Source of the DNA: Trichodelitschia bisporula
Taxonomy: Eukaryota
Reading direction: 5' to 3'
Assembly (NCBI GenBank): GCA_010356995.1
Contig: ML996700.1
Location: forward strand, 744,001 to 808,000
Length of the DNA: 64,000 nt
In this document: in pieces, positions 12,054 through 28,055 of the stretch
Numbering within the stretch: the stretch's first letter is position 1
Layout of the letters: every line of letters begins with the position of its first letter
Notes under the pieces: model-generated
What the model was told of the DNA's origin: nothing
Databases searched by the model: none
The model's input: the letters and a program-made list of their open reading frames with translations, nothing else
Position numbers and translations under genes: made by a program

Positions 12054-15000
12054 TTTGATATTGGGATGGAAGCGAATGTAAAGGTACCACTACTGAGCTG
12101 CTGCATCGTGGCGACGAGCTGATTATATACCGTCGAGCTCTCCCACTAAAACCAGCCACCCGCGCCGGTGACCTGTAAGCACCAGGTTCAACTGACGCCG
12201 GCCGCGGCGCAGACATGCTAGCAGGCTCGGCGTGCTCCTGGACGGCCAGGCTGAAGTGCTATGAAGATGATTCGAGCGCCGCTATGGTAGCTTAAGCTGC
12301 GGTCAGGACTCAAACGAATCACTGAAAATGTGGCTGGGAGGGGCGGTTGGAGAGTGGTGGGGAGGCCGGGATCAGAGAAACTTTTGGGACCTGCAAGCCA
12401 CTGCAAATGCGCATACTTGGCGGCCAGCTAGAGTCCATGGCCATTCGATAGGAAACAAAACTCGACAGACGTCGCCGCTGAGTCAAATAAAAGGCGCAGC
12501 GGAATGAGCTCCAAGGCCTGCAGGAACGCACACGTTGGAGGTACGGTATTGGAAGCACTTAGTAACGAGATCTGGTGCGGGGTGAAAGCGGCACTGGGAG
12601 GCAGACTCTGCGACTCCGTTGTTGTTTGTTGACCCGCTTCCAAAGGTGCCGAGGACTGTACCCGATGGGGGCGGGAGCGGGGTCGGAGATGCCCGGAAAG
12701 AGAGTGATGTCCTTGGTGCTGGATTAATTTAGAATCAAGCATCAACCGGTGGAGGGGAAGCGGAAGGTCAACAAGCTCAACTTTCGGTTCGGCTCTCTTG
12801 GACAAGTCGCTTGCTGGGGTCAAGGTCGACGGACACCAGCCACTTGCGCATCCTGGAGGAGCTCATCACCTGATATTGCCTGGCTTCCCCGCAAGCGCCT
12901 TGGAAGGTACAATTTAGCACCGAACCACCCGGTGCCGGACTCGAGTTCGGGCCGGTGTAGCATTCTCCTATTATTGTCGCCTGGGGGCCCAAAGAAAGCC
13001 ATAACGGGTGAATCGGATATTGCGATAGTCGTATTCCAAAGGCTCCCAAGGCCCCTTCAATTTGGAGTCACTCTGCGCTACGAGGAGGATCGTCGAGAGC
13101 GGCTGAGCACATTGCGGTACTCGTGGACGTGACAAGCTGCAGGTCGAGGAAAGGTTCCACCCTCGGATACGAAGAGGCTTGACCCCGCATGCAGCTGTGC
13201 AACCGACGGCCATGCGCAGGGCAAGCCTCTTGCGTGCTGGCGGTCGGCAACCTGACCTGCAACTTTGTGGAGAAATGTGGAAACGTTGATCATGTCGACA
13301 TTTTCGAATACGGAGGTACAATTGTTGCTTCCTAATGTACCGCAAGCATTTGTGAGAGCCGTGAGTGACAAGTTCGGGGTCAAAAGTCGAGTCGCCGCTA
13401 CGTCATGAGAAAAAACGGCCCGTCGGGAATCTGCATACGCCTTGTCAGACCCGCATTAGCAAGAAACTGCCGTACGACTTCGGATGAGGTGCTCGCAGGC
13501 CAACGCAAGGTATCAGTTGACGTCCCCCGCTGTGCCATCGCGACATCCTCTCAACTTCGAACGTGCTTGTCCTGGAGCTTTGCAGGAGTGTTGGTGGACG
13601 TCTGGTGAGCTGGAGGACAGCACCCGAAAAAAGCATCGCCGATTCGGATCTTCCAGCTGCATGCGCTTAACGAAAGGATGGGCATTCAGCCACGCGGTGA
13701 TCGCCGATTTTGGCCTTTTCGCGGAGGAGGACGCTTTGCCGAGAGCTGGTAAATGGAGAGCGGAATGTTACCATTTTCGATCGTCCATGCCACGCTGTTC
13801 AGTGGGATGCTGTACCCCGCAGTTGTCAATTACTGGACAGCTTCGGCTGAGGTGGGACAGGGCGTTCAGAAGGCGTCTTGAGTGCAGCTGAGAGCGGGGG
13901 TGGTCAATTGGACAAGAGTGAAGCGCAAGCAGAGAGAAGGCTGAAATCCTAATATCTGATGGCTCGACCTGGACCTCTGATTTGTTGTAACACCTGCCAA
14001 CACGACTCTCAGTCCCCTTCTTGAAGGCTCAAGCAATGTTATGTGCCGCAAACGTGTGGAACTGTTCCACCTTCTCCTGGCGAACAGATAATGGAAGGCA
14101 TCGGCGCCCTGACATGCGCGGTTCAAGATGTTTCCGCGCAGACCTGGCCTTTACCCTGCAGCATTTAACATAGACTCTGTACCAGTCGTAGCGGGACGCG
14201 TGGGAGGAGTATAATGGCTTCGCCATTCCGAGGCCTATGTCGAGTATCCAGTCCAGTGATGAGAAACCGAGCGAACTTCCGATTAGGATCGAAACAAGTC
14301 ACTCCGATACCCGACTTGTTTGACGTGTTGAGAGGTACGGTTCCAGACGTTACAAAGCTTGATCGAAGTCGACTTGAAGTATTAGGACACCCAAGGAAGG
14401 AGTATATGGACGAGGCTGTGGATAGTTTGAATGCTTCGGATGCATCAAACGTCGGTCTGAGAGTGAGAAGCATAGCTATAAAGATCTGAGATGCTCCTGG
14501 TAAATAGAATCCGCTCTTCACAGGGAAGGAATACACCCCCTTTAAAGCACATCTCATGGCTCCAAAACAAATTGTGCTATTCCAGTGACATCCGGAGTGG
14601 CACTCAGATGCCTTCACAGAACGCCATGAGGGTGGAGAAATGATTGGTTCACAGAAGCGGTATCCTTGTTGAAGTACTAAACGGTCAGGTCGATGACGAC
14701 CATATAGCCATAACCAGCCGTAGACTAATGCATAAACTCGGCTTGAGGTATACCTAAGCGCTGAAGCTAGGCCTAACAAGTGGATTGACGTTTTTTGTCT
14801 TGTTGCACGTTGGTATCATTTCATGAGCTCAATGTGCGAGGCAACTACTTTTTCGCGTTGAGGCACCTCCAACGCTATCGATAAGATTAAGGCCACAAGG
14901 CGGAAAGAATGAACGCCAAGGCGCTTGCCCTCGAACTAACGACTAACGAACACGGTGGATCATATTTCCGACAATCCCGGCAACACACACAAGCGAAGTC

Positions 15001-15072
15001 GCAAAATCCAACGACTTCAACGCCCATCGCCAACATCGACAAACCCCGGGTCTCGATCGTATCACCGCCAAA

Positions 15073-15907
15073 ATGACGATCAAGCACAACCAGCAGCTCC
15101 AGAAGAACCGTGAGTCTCTCCTGCACCCATTAACCAGCCTACTGACCCCGTTGCAGACTTCCGCAAGGACTGGCAGCGCCGCGTGCGCGTGCACTTCGAT
15201 CAGGTAATTCCCCTCTCATTCTGTGAGAGCAGTGGCGCCTCATGATCGAGCGACCCTGCAATCGAGTATTGAACTCGTATTGACGTCGCATTTTTCCAGC
15301 CCGGCCGTAAGCTGCGTCGCCGCAATGCGCGCATTGAGAAGGCTGCTGTCCTCGCGCCTCGCCCGGTTGACAAACTCCGCCCCGTCGTGCGCTGCCCGAC
15401 CATCAAGTACAACCGCCGCGTGCGCGCCGGTCGTGGTTTCTCGCTCGCTGAGCTGAAGGTATGTAGACCACGGATATCCAACCGCAATAGCTAACCCGTC
15501 AGGCTGCTGGCATTCCCCGCAAGTATGCCCCGACTATCGGTATCGCCGTCGACCCGCGCCGCCAAAACCTGTCGGAGGAGTCGCTGAAGGTCAACGTCGA
15601 GCGCCTCAAGGAGTACGCTCAGCGTGTCATCGTCTTCCCGCGCCGCTCTGGCAAGCCCAAGAAGGGTGATGCGTCGGCCGAGGAGGTCAAGGCGGTCAAG
15701 GAGGGCGAGAACTTCGTCAAGAGCAACCGCGCTGCGCTGGCCATTGCCAACGTCATCAAGGTGCCGTCTGTCAATCCCAAGAACGAGAAGGGCGAGGAGG
15801 GTGCCTACCGCAAGCTTCGCGATGCTCGCTCGACCGCGCGCTTCGTCGGTGTGCGCGAGAAGCGCGAGAAGGCCAAGGCGGACGAGGCAGCTGCTGCGAA
15901 GAAGTAA
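15073..15907 (+). CDS. RPL13: 60S ribosomal protein L13 (eL13), 3 introns
   Basis: Spliced [32 protein letters not shown]...[28 protein letters not shown]...[11 protein letters not shown]. Confidence 0.95.
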
Positions 15908-16552
15908 GCGTATCGTACTCGGTGGTCGGCAAGGGGTTTGGGTTGATGCTCGTTTCCGGGATTCATGGCGTTCTGCTACGGCTTGCAAATGTGGGATGTT
16001 TGTCCGGAAAATGGGTTTGGTAGAACAATGAATGACCTGGGCGCCGTTAACCCGCCTTGAGCCACGGCCTTTTTCATGACTGAGCAGTGATATGTGATTT
16101 GCTTTGTGATGTGATGATGCCTTGCCCGTTGATACAAAGGCCGGAACGTCGTCTATCATAATCCATAGAGTACATCTCTGGCCGTTACACCATCGTACAT
16201 ATTAAGACATCAACGTAGTTGTTTTGATGCTCTCCCATTGACGCTACTGACCGGTACACCGTCTCCAGACACTGTACACCTAGGTCTCCTTTCGCAATCA
16301 TAATCCGTACATCCCCATCCAACACATCATCGTACACATCAAGCCATCCCCGTAGCCGCCAGATCCAGTCCAAATCCTAAGATATACAGTGTGATCCCCC
16401 GTTTTATGCAAACCCAAATTCAAACCCATGCAAGATATGCAACAGGCCGCCCCAGGCGCCACTCAAAGCCCATGCCAAATGTTTTCCATCCTGTTAGTAC
16501 ACTCCCCCCGATCACCGGCCAGCGAGGTACAGCAGTCTCTGCTTCATACCGA

Positions 16553-17842
16553 TCACCGCTCAACCAGCCTCGCTAAACTCTCCCTGCTCTCCAAAACCCT
16601 CGCCCCGCCAAAATCACCCCCTTCCTCTCCCTCCAACGTCTCCCTCTTAACATCCATCGTCCGCGTAACCTGCACGCCCTCCCCACTCTCCTCCCTCTCC
16701 GGCCTCAACTCAAAGCTGCTATCCCGGGCGCCCCCTTGCACTGTGACGCTCGTCCCCATCTTTCCTCCCATACCCTGCAGCGGCACGTTGTCGCCCTCCC
16801 ACTTCCGCTCCTTAGGCCACTCCTCCTTAACCCAGTTATTCTTGGGTCCGGGCACAGGAGCCGGGAGCTGCATCGCAGTCGACGGCTTCCCCCCGCTGCA
16901 GGCCGGGATGTCGAATCCCATGCAGCAGAGCATCTGCATGAGGAGCGGTTTCAGGGCTGCGCTGGACACGGCCGCTATACCGAGGCCGGGTTCGGCGGAG
17001 GACCAGATTATGACGTCGACTGTGTCCCAGAGGAAATCGTGCGAGGCGGATAGGGTGTGGATGTAGGGGATGCGGATGATAGTCGCTGCGCTGGCGACGG
17101 CGCCGACGGAGAGGATCATGACGAGCGGGATTTTGCGCCTTCTGCTGAGCTGCAGGTCCCACACGATGATGCCGGGGATGATGGCGAAGGCCCAATCCAG
17201 CACGGCGGAGACGGCGGACTGCGCGTACGTGCTCGCAATGCCGATATGCGCGTGGCACACGCCATGTGCGGCGCGGGCCTGGTCGGCCGGGGACCCGAGG
17301 CGCAGCCAGTAAGTCTTGATAGGGGTGCACTGGAAGATGGTGAAGATCAGGTAGTAGGCGTTGAAGAGGATGTTGGTTGCGTTGAGGGCGTAGAGGATGT
17401 GCCTGTGGGGACGGCGGAGGGCGAGGCGCAGGAGAAAAATGCCGACTGCGAGGCGGAGGACGGTGGTGTTGAGGATGTAGAAGAGTTCGCCGAAGTACCA
17501 GGCCTAATAGGGGTTAGATGGTTTGGAAGAGGAAGGGGGATAGTACCTTCATGGCGTTGACGCGCTGCCGCGCGGTTAGCTCTTCGGCGTGCAGGCCGAC
17601 ACCCCAATGGAGTCCGATGAACGTCATTGCACTGTAGGCCGTAAATAAAGCCTGTCCCGTCAGCTGTGGTTCAACCGCATTGCACATGCACTTACCAGCG
17701 AAGCCCCGATCAACCAGTCATCCAGTGAAAATGCATTAATCATACGCATGCGCACCCAAACCCTCAACACGAAGGTCAACCAGCAGAGCACCAGAAACAG
17801 TATCGTGGTGCCGGCCACCTCAGCTGCACGGGACTCCCCCAT
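16553..17842 (-). CDS. PTH11-like / fungal rhodopsin-family integral membrane protein (no CFEM domain), 2 introns
   Basis: LRVWVRMRMINAFSLDDW, QCTP, DWAFAIIP..IVWDLQLSRRRK, ASAATIIRIPY, IIWSSAEPGLGI..S..ALKPL pattern typical of the family. Confidence 0.85.
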
Positions 17843-19862
17843 GGTGGGCGGTCTGACGGAGAGTGGCGAGGTGTGAAAAGAACAGAAGCTGCGACGGTAT
17901 GCGCGCGCGCAGCATCGGCTTGCAATGCTGGATGGATATAGAGTCGATAGCAGGCACCGCGTGTGGCGCCGCGGGCATGAGGCTTTGAAAGCTTAACAGA
18001 AGATAGGACTACGTGTCGAACCTCGATCAGTCGATTCAGAGGAGGCAGGCCAGGGCGCTGGAGCAAGGAAACCGTAGACTCAGGTCCGGGGAAGCGTTCG
18101 TACTGGAGCAATATACGGATATAAAAGCGGACAGGAGCACAGCCCAGTCAGAGAAATGGAGATCAAGACCGAAGGTTTGAAGGACGACAGTGATGGCAGA
18201 TAAAGCAGATGGCGATTTGGTTAAAAGTCAAAAAGGAGGGCTGGGGAAGGGATTTCTTGTAAAGCTCTCGAGTGCGTGGCCGACCCACATGCTCCACTCC
18301 CCACGCCGGGGGCCTCCGTGGGTTGTCCATGTCGCGGGACGAACGGGTGGGGCAAAATGCATACATCTTAGGCAGTTAGGTTTGACGATCTCGAGAATGG
18401 GAATCAGGGAGGAAGTTCTACGGTACAGAACATCGGCAATTCCGAGGTGGGGTGTGAGATCTGACTTAGGGACCGCACCGAGGTAGGCTTGATGAGGCGT
18501 TCGTAGGCAAAGGCGGAGGACGGTCCGGAAGTATATTCGAAGACTGTGGATGGACCTGAGAGGGGTACTTCAGGAGCTAGGGAAGAGGGGTTGGTGAATC
18601 TTTGCCTTGTTCCTGCGTCGGGTCCACTCCTTCCACCCTAAGTCGCGCAGTGCTAGACGAGAATAGTGGGGGTTTAGTGGTCATGACAGAGGGGCATCGG
18701 AGGCGAGCGATGCTTAGCAGCTGATATGGGGTTGGCTGTAATTGGAGCATCGATGTCAGAAATGTGGACCTCCAATGCTGGGTGGTTACGTTGTTAGGCT
18801 ATCCGATATGTCACAGACGCCTGTAGTGAGCATTCAGTGCCTGTCGGCCACTGGGGCAAAGTGGTGAAGTGGGTGAAGTGGCGATGGAGAAGTAGAGAAG
18901 AAGCAAGAAGAGGCGATGAGGAAGCAGAGATGAAGCACAGAAGAGGTGAAGACAAAGAAAGGGATAAAGAAGCGCAGAAGAAGCCATGAAGCACCCATGA
19001 TGTCGTTAGATAAGGTGAGACAAATCCTTTCAAATAAGGTTAGAGGTGCGTTGACGCAATAAGGATCGCCAACCCTGCACAACAGCCTGTTCATCGATGT
19101 CCATTTCATACATAGATAGTTCGGGGCATAGCTCGCAGGACCGTTAAGCGTTACCCCTCACGGATTGTGCTAGCTACATATTGCATCACTGCTCTATCAG
19201 CTACTGTCCCATCCTTCAGGGAAAAAGCTGAATTGCGGCCCGTACGGGCACGAAGACTCGTAGTAGTGGCCACGCCTCAAGCCACTCAACCCTCGATCCC
19301 ACTCATACTCCCTCTCAAAGACACCTTTCTCATCTTCCTCAACCTCCTTGTTCACGGGAGCTTTCTCAGCGATCTCAGCCGTCTCAACTGGCTCAGCACT
19401 CTCACCTTCCTTGAACTGCAGTCACGTTAGCTACTCGCTCTCACAATTCCCCTATGCGCTCGAAAAGAATGAGACAAAAAACCAAAGAGCCAGAGAGGGA
19501 AAACGGGCTTCATTGTTCCCATCCCCCAAGCCCATGGCAACATAATCATACGCATCATCTACTAAAACGCCGGGGCTGCCCAAAGCGCAGATAGCAGCAG
19601 AAGGAGGCGCAGGCACAGAAATATCGACGCCCATAAACGAGTTTACGAAGAGATACCGTCTGAATGTGCCCCAGACGCTCCAGTGGTGCAGACAATGTAG
19701 AAAATGGAAAAACGAGTGACAGGAGGCGGTCATATATTCATGACAGGCATTTGCTTCCCACGCACGACCACGCCGGCCGTCCCGTTCTCAGCTTTCCTTT
19801 CGTTACGCGTGTCGCCACGCGTGAGCGCGCACACAAACACACACACTCGCCGATACGAAAGA

Positions 19863-21844
<1,982 letters not shown>

Positions 21845-23423
21845 GATGGAGGATTTGTGGTTGTGGGGAGGGGGTGTACGCAGTCTTGATTGCGGGGGTG
21901 CGGTGGGTGAAGGAGCGAGAGGGGAGAGGGGTTGGCGGTGCTAACAACGCGGTGAATGCGGCAAGCGAAGTGCGGCGATGGAGGAAGCCGCGCGGTCAAG
22001 AACTCATTTGAGGGCAGTAGTCTGAAGCGGGATGATGGCGAGTGGAGTGGTTGGTGATGATGAAAGAAAAGACGAGTTGTTGTTGTTGTTGAAGAGTGGG
22101 ATTTGCAATTCGACGTCCCTTGGTCATCCACAGCCTGAGCCCAACTCTTGGGGCGCGGTATCCACGTTGCGCAGCCAGGGCTTTTTGGAGGGGGAGGGGG
22201 GTGGGCGGCGGTGCTTGCTCAGAATTTGGGCTCGGGCGGGGGGGTGTTGATTGGGTGCAGAAGGGGGGGGTAGACTTGCGACGTTTGGAGGGGCTGGGGT
22301 TGGCGGGGAGGCGGTGGACTCGCTGGCGGGTGTTTAAGGAGCAATGAGGTTGGCAAAGAGACAGGATGAGGACAGAGGAGAGGTCAAACTAGGTCCGGCA
22401 GTTTTGTGTTCATATGGTTGGTTATGCGGAGAGGCAGAAGAGGCAGAAGAGGCAGAGACGAGGCCGAAGAGGCCGAAGCGACGGAAAGAAAGAAGAGTGT
22501 GCCCGAACAACAAACAACGCAAGATGACGATGCTTGCTGAGGTGATAGGGAAAGCAGCGACAGAGAAATGCAAAGTGATCCCGAGGGAGACTGTAAGTGG
22601 GAACTGGCAACTGGCGTCTGTTTGACTGCCTGAGAAAGAGCTATCAAGGCAGCGCACTCTCGGTCTCCGTTGGCATAGAAGAAGATGCCATGTACCTCAT
22701 GCAGGGCAGGACAAGAGGCCGTTGTTTGGTGGTTTGTTTGTACGTAGTATCTGGTTTGGCCAGTTATACTATGCCCAGCAGGGAACCCAGACACGATGAT
22801 GTAACTCCTCGAATCCGCCTTGCAGTGCTGTAAGACAACCTCGAGAACAGCTGCAGGTCTGCAAGGCACCACGTTAATCAGGTTCAGCATTTTGATTCCT
22901 TTGCTGCGACTGCTATGATATTTCAAGTGGAGGTATTTCTATAGCCTCTATCTTCTGAGATTTGGCAGCATCTGGCCTCTGGAGACTCTTTCCTTGTGCC
23001 CGAGACAAGATGATTCCACCAACTCTAGTTCAGAAGATCATAGCCCGGGACAGGATCAGATGCGCGCGGATAATTAACCTTGTACCAGTAGCACGAAGTT
23101 CTGGAATGCTTACTTGAACTTCTGCACTTGGAAAAGAGACGGGCAGGGGATGGCTCCGTAATTCCGAACTCTTCTGCGCCCAGCTTGGTGTTGCAAAGAA
23201 GCCTTCCAGAGATAAAGGCGGCGACGATTGAAAGTTGTCTTGCGTACATCATCTATACGTACCAAAATAGAGGCGAAAAAGAAGCTAGTTACGGTACACA
23301 TCCTACTGACCAAAAAGCTTTTCAAAACCGTCTACAGAAAGCATATACCAAACCCAAACGATTCCCTCTAAATCATCTCGATGCGGCAGTATGGAGTGGA
23401 CTGCGAGTCTTCACTGATGGCCA

Positions 23424-25130
23424 TTACCACGGCGCTGTTGCCTTCAGTTCAGCATCAGGGTCCACTAGCTCTCCCAGTGAATCAACCGTCGGCTCTTCAA
23501 CCTCGCCGTCTTCGTCCTTGATCTCGGCCACCTCGACAGCCAGTCGCTCGAGAAGGGCACGACCATATGAGGAGGTGTTCTGTGTTCCAGAAAGATCGTC
23601 TATCTGTCCACACTCGGCAGCCTTCCGAATTCCGAGAGTAACTTCCGCAAGCACAGATAGCGCAATCCTACTGCCGGCCGAATCAACTGGCAAGTGCTCG
23701 AACGCGCACCAATGCGCCGCAAGCCAGGCTCTCAGCCGGCCCTGCTCATCAGAGGGGGGGACTGCATGCATCTGGCGCAACTTGAGGTCGATGTACCGCG
23801 ACCCAGGCTCGTGTTTATCACTTCCATTTCCGTCCATGAAAGCGGAGCTATCCTCATCAGTGTCTTCGGAGCGCTGGGGTGGCAGGTGTGGAATCAGGCC
23901 CGCTAGATTCGTCAGGATCTGCGTAGCGGTTGCCTCAGGAATGGTCTTCTCCAGCGCGGACACATCATCCCAACTCGGATTCAGGTCTGAAGCCGCAATA
24001 CGGAGAGCGAAGAACGCGGCATGAAGGGCGCAATGCTCGGATTCAAGGGTGGCGCATGAGTCGCGGAGGGTAGTGAGAGCCGTCGACGGTGCCGGTGCGG
24101 AGTCCTGATGCTCGATTTGAGGGCCTTGCTGAGAGTCTGGCATGGTAGAATAGGTTGAGTTCATCGCTTCCAGAACCTCGGCGAACTTATTCAGCTGGCG
24201 GACACATGCTGCGTGGTTAGAGCGCATCGGAAGGATTTAGGCTCGCTTACCAGGAAAGGGAAGTGCGTTTGGATGCTTCAGCAGCTCGCTAGAAGCGGTG
24301 CGGAGCCGCTCTAGTGCGGCAACCGGATCGGAGCGATCGTCGACTGTCGACATAAGACAGGCATCGGGAGACCACAGGAAACTTACCGAAGGCGCCCGCT
24401 GGGATGCTTGTCTTTCCAGACGGACTGCCAGCTAGGCCTTCGAGTCTCTCAGCAATTGAAAACCGTGTAGGACTCGCGCAAGTTGGCATGAGAGCTTCAT
24501 CAATGGCGCCAATGATGCCTGAAATATCCGTTCGAATGGACCCAGCACCACAGATACCACCCACGGACGACGAGCCGTGCGGAGAATGCTCAAAATCAAA
24601 AATCGGGTCCTGGAACGGGCTAATGGGCTTTCGCGCCACAGGCATATGCGGCATTGCGCCGGCGTTTGAGAGGAGGCCATCGGTGTCGGAGTGGTCTTTG
24701 CGGCCTGTGATACTACCCCACTGGCTGAGATGACAGTCAGGGATGATAACGCCCACAGCCGGAGCAGGCACAGGAATAGGGCTAGAGCGGGGAACGTCAT
24801 CTGAGTCGCGTTTGCAGGTATCCAAGTGAACGCTCTTCTTTCGTGCGAGTGCAGTAGCTCGAAAAAGGGCCTTGAAGCAGCGTGCTGTCATGGAGCGGTT
24901 CGCCTCCTCACGCTTAAAGGGAATGGAGCTGCGCGTCTGGGAACGGGCCTGCAAGGTCGGGTCCTGGGACCACCATGCCTCCCCTTGCTTCGTCTCATCT
25001 GGCGGCGGAGGTTCCTTTGGCGGTTGGGTGAGCCCTGTAGACTTTCGCATGAGAGACAGCCGCTTGAACGTATTGGTGAGGGTGCCGGTGGATGTCTCAT
25101 CCGAATCCTTCTTGGGCTTCGGAGCGCTGA
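23424..25130 (-). CDS. Hypothetical multi-exon protein (5' end uncertain)
   Basis: ORFs 24289-25050 and 23424-24227 are flanked by canonical GTAAG donors (~24386, ~24250) with branch/acceptor sites; acceptor GCTAACggcttCAG at ~25128. No recognised domain. Confidence 0.5.
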
Positions 25131-25852
25131 AGCCGTTAGCTACGGTAACAAAAGCGGCAGTCTCGAGTACACAGGCGTTTCCTTCATGAAAGACAGCGCG
25201 TTCATCGTGAAGGACTGCGGGGTTGTGGGGTACGTAGAGAAGTTGAATTGTGGGACATGTGGTTCAGCCCTTAACAAGTCGGTAGAGAATGAGAGTCAAC
25301 AGAGATCCCGGAACACGAATTCATCGCAGCCTCAGGAGCAACGGCTAAGTTGTACCTGGCGGTTGGCATGAGAGGTAGCATGGAAAAGTGGAAAGTTCAG
25401 TCTCGAAGAGAATATTCGGAGGATCGGAGTGGTTGGATGTCACTGCACACACTATGCATAGACACGGTGCGGAGTTCATGGGGAAACTGTGTGTTGACAT
25501 TGGAAGGATAGGACACCTCAGGACCCTCCTTCGGTAGACAGCCGGATGGCGACTGACCGTTTATTGCGTGCACCAGATGTTGGTGTTTCGACGTCGGGTC
25601 GTGATGTCCTTGAGATGACCCCCGCATAAATGGTTGTTCCGTGCTCTCCCCCATGAGTGGGCCGGATGCAGTTAGCGGCAAGGCAATCGCGATGAAAGTA
25701 AACGCGTCTGTCTCTCTGGTCGGAAAGAACTCCTCCCGTTTGCTCATTCTTCGTCAACGCCTCCACATTCCGCGATCTCTCTTCAACCGCTGATACCACC
25801 TCCCTCTTCATCTCTAAACCTCGCCTCCATAGTCAATCGCCTATCTGCAGTC

Positions 25853-26869
25853 ATGGCGGGCGGCAACTCCGCGACCGTTTTCACGAAACTCGTGCAAGCT
25901 GGTACATTCTCTCTCTGCTCATTGCTCTGCGCATGGATTGACAAGTAGCAGATCGTGCCCGCAAGCAGCAGCAGGAGCTAGCAGACTCGATTCTAGGCAG
26001 TGGGCGACGTTCCGGTACACCTACCTCAAACACAGGCCGCAAACCTCCTTCCGGCCCTTTGTCGAGCCGGGCGGGCGTCTCCAAGGTAAGGACGGGGCGT
26101 CGTAAGCCGCACTCCAGCCTGACAACGCAGCCTCCCACTGGGCCCAAGGCGTCTCTCGATCGCCCGAAGCACTTCAATCCCCCTACTGGCCCAGCTCGCG
26201 GGCGCCCCCTGCAGCGTGCGGCCTCGTCGTCGCAGCTCGAGCGTCGCAATCGGGCAATCACGACTGCAGTCAACCAAGGCTCCGGTATCACAGTTCGCGG
26301 TATGGGTGGCATGTTCACCGTGATCGCGCAGAACTTCGCTCCCGGCACAACGGCCCAAGACATTGAGACGGTTCTTGTTCCGCCGGAGAGTGCGCATCTT
26401 CTCGTTCGCTGCCAGCTGCTCTCTGAATCACCGACTGTCATTGCAGAGCTGGTCTTTTCGTCCAAAGAGACAGCGGACACCGTAATTTCTTCATTTAACA
26501 ACATGAAGGTCAGTGACTCCTTGTTGGTTACTGGAGGTGCTGACCCCACAGGCTGACGGGCGCCTTCTCTACGTCTACATGAAAGATCCCCAGCCCGCTT
26601 TACGCAAGGCAGCTCCAGGTCGCGCAGCAGGGTACGATAGCATGGATGTAGATGAGGGCCATGCTTCCGACGACGCTAGCTCCTGGTCGCAACGCAAGCG
26701 CCTGGCAGAACCCGAGTTTCAGGACGGCAAGTACGGATTCCAAGAATCGCGTACCGGGGCGCAGCGCAGCAGCAGCGGACGGGGAGGTCGGCAGTACGAG
26801 CGACAGGAGTACGGGTCGGGACTTGTATCAGATGACCTGCTGCGTCCGTACGAGCCGCAGTATCGTTAG
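25853..26869 (+). CDS. Putative RRM-like nucleic-acid-binding protein, 2 introns
   Basis: Spliced MAGGNSATVFTKLVQADRARKQQQELADSILG...; RRM-like VIAQNFAPGTTAQDIE...AELVF...VISSFNNMKADGRLLYVY; RG-containing tail. Confidence 0.65.
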
Positions 26870-28055
26870 GGGCATCTCGATTCGGGTACTATGGGCACTT
26901 CTTGCAGGATATGTATATGGGCTTAGCCGGCGTAAGGCAACTATTATGCGCAAGGGACAGGAATCAAAATGGTAGACTGCAGTAGCGGAACTGCACTGGA
27001 CGGCAGGCGCCTTCGGAATGTAAGGCCATTGTTGGGGGAGTGTCTCCGGAAGGCTGCGCTTGCTCTTGCTCGGATATCGTTATAAACATCGTCTTCCCAT
27101 TGATGACGGGTCATCCCATACCATTGATCGACGGCATATTGTTCTTTGAACTGCAATCTCTGAGTATTCCTAGCGTGCTCCACCCTGCGTCATGGAAGCC
27201 ACTTTTCGCTATCGTATGTACCCCACTCCCGTGCACCCCATGCGGGGAGAGCTTGAGCTCGAGCTCCAAACATCCGACCACGACCCCTCGCGCTGGGCAT
27301 TCACCCGCACTGAACTCAACGTCCCGCCATCAACTGCTGTCGTAAGATTGCCAAACACCGGCCACAACCCCAAGCCGCTCAATCCAGCTGCGCCGCCCTT
27401 TATCCCAGCTTCCGCCAGGCTCAGGCACAGCGGTAACGCACCCGCACCGCCAGAAAATCACGAGACGCGCCGAGCCGAAGACCACCTTCACTTATTTGAC
27501 GACGCGGACTACTGCCTCTCACGACTGCAAAGGCAAGGCCCTTTGCGCCCTGCGGCATTGTCCCGCAAACCTCTCCATCATCTCCGGCCTGTTTCCCTCA
27601 ATCTGCGGTCGCTCTCGCCGCTGCGGCTCTCGGAGACGACTGTCTGGCCGTCATCACATCCATCACGATCGTCTTCCGTCCGCTCGGAGACTCCCTCGGG
27701 TCATTCGCAGAGTACTTTGAGCCCGAATCCGTCAGACACACAGTCTACATCGTCGTTGGACAGTTTTGAGTGGATCACCTGCACTTCGTCGTCGGATGAG
27801 GACCGAACGTGCGAGCCCTTGAACAACGTAGGACGTAACCTCGTGGACGACCAAAGGCCAGTAAGCAGGTTCTGGAAAAAGATTAAGAGAGCTTGCTCGT
27901 CGGAAGAGTCTAAGCTGTGCCTTCGAGGAGGGGCAGGCTGGCCTGAGGACGTGTCCCCTACGGAAACCCTCCGTGCATCCACCACCCCCAGTTCAACTCA
28001 TCCAAGTACTACAAAAACTCCTGCATTTTCCACCTATATTTCAACTCATTTCAGT

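Noticed and set aside
12200..14800. Many short ORFs in a 2.6-kb gene-poor interval
   Set aside because: No recognisable domain, coherent exon chain or transposase/terminal-repeat signature; a decayed gene cannot be excluded.
19200..19270. Hammerhead-like or ncRNA-like hairpins on the plus strand
   Set aside because: The core CUGAnGA/GAAA is not matched; better explained as the antisense of a coding-like exon.
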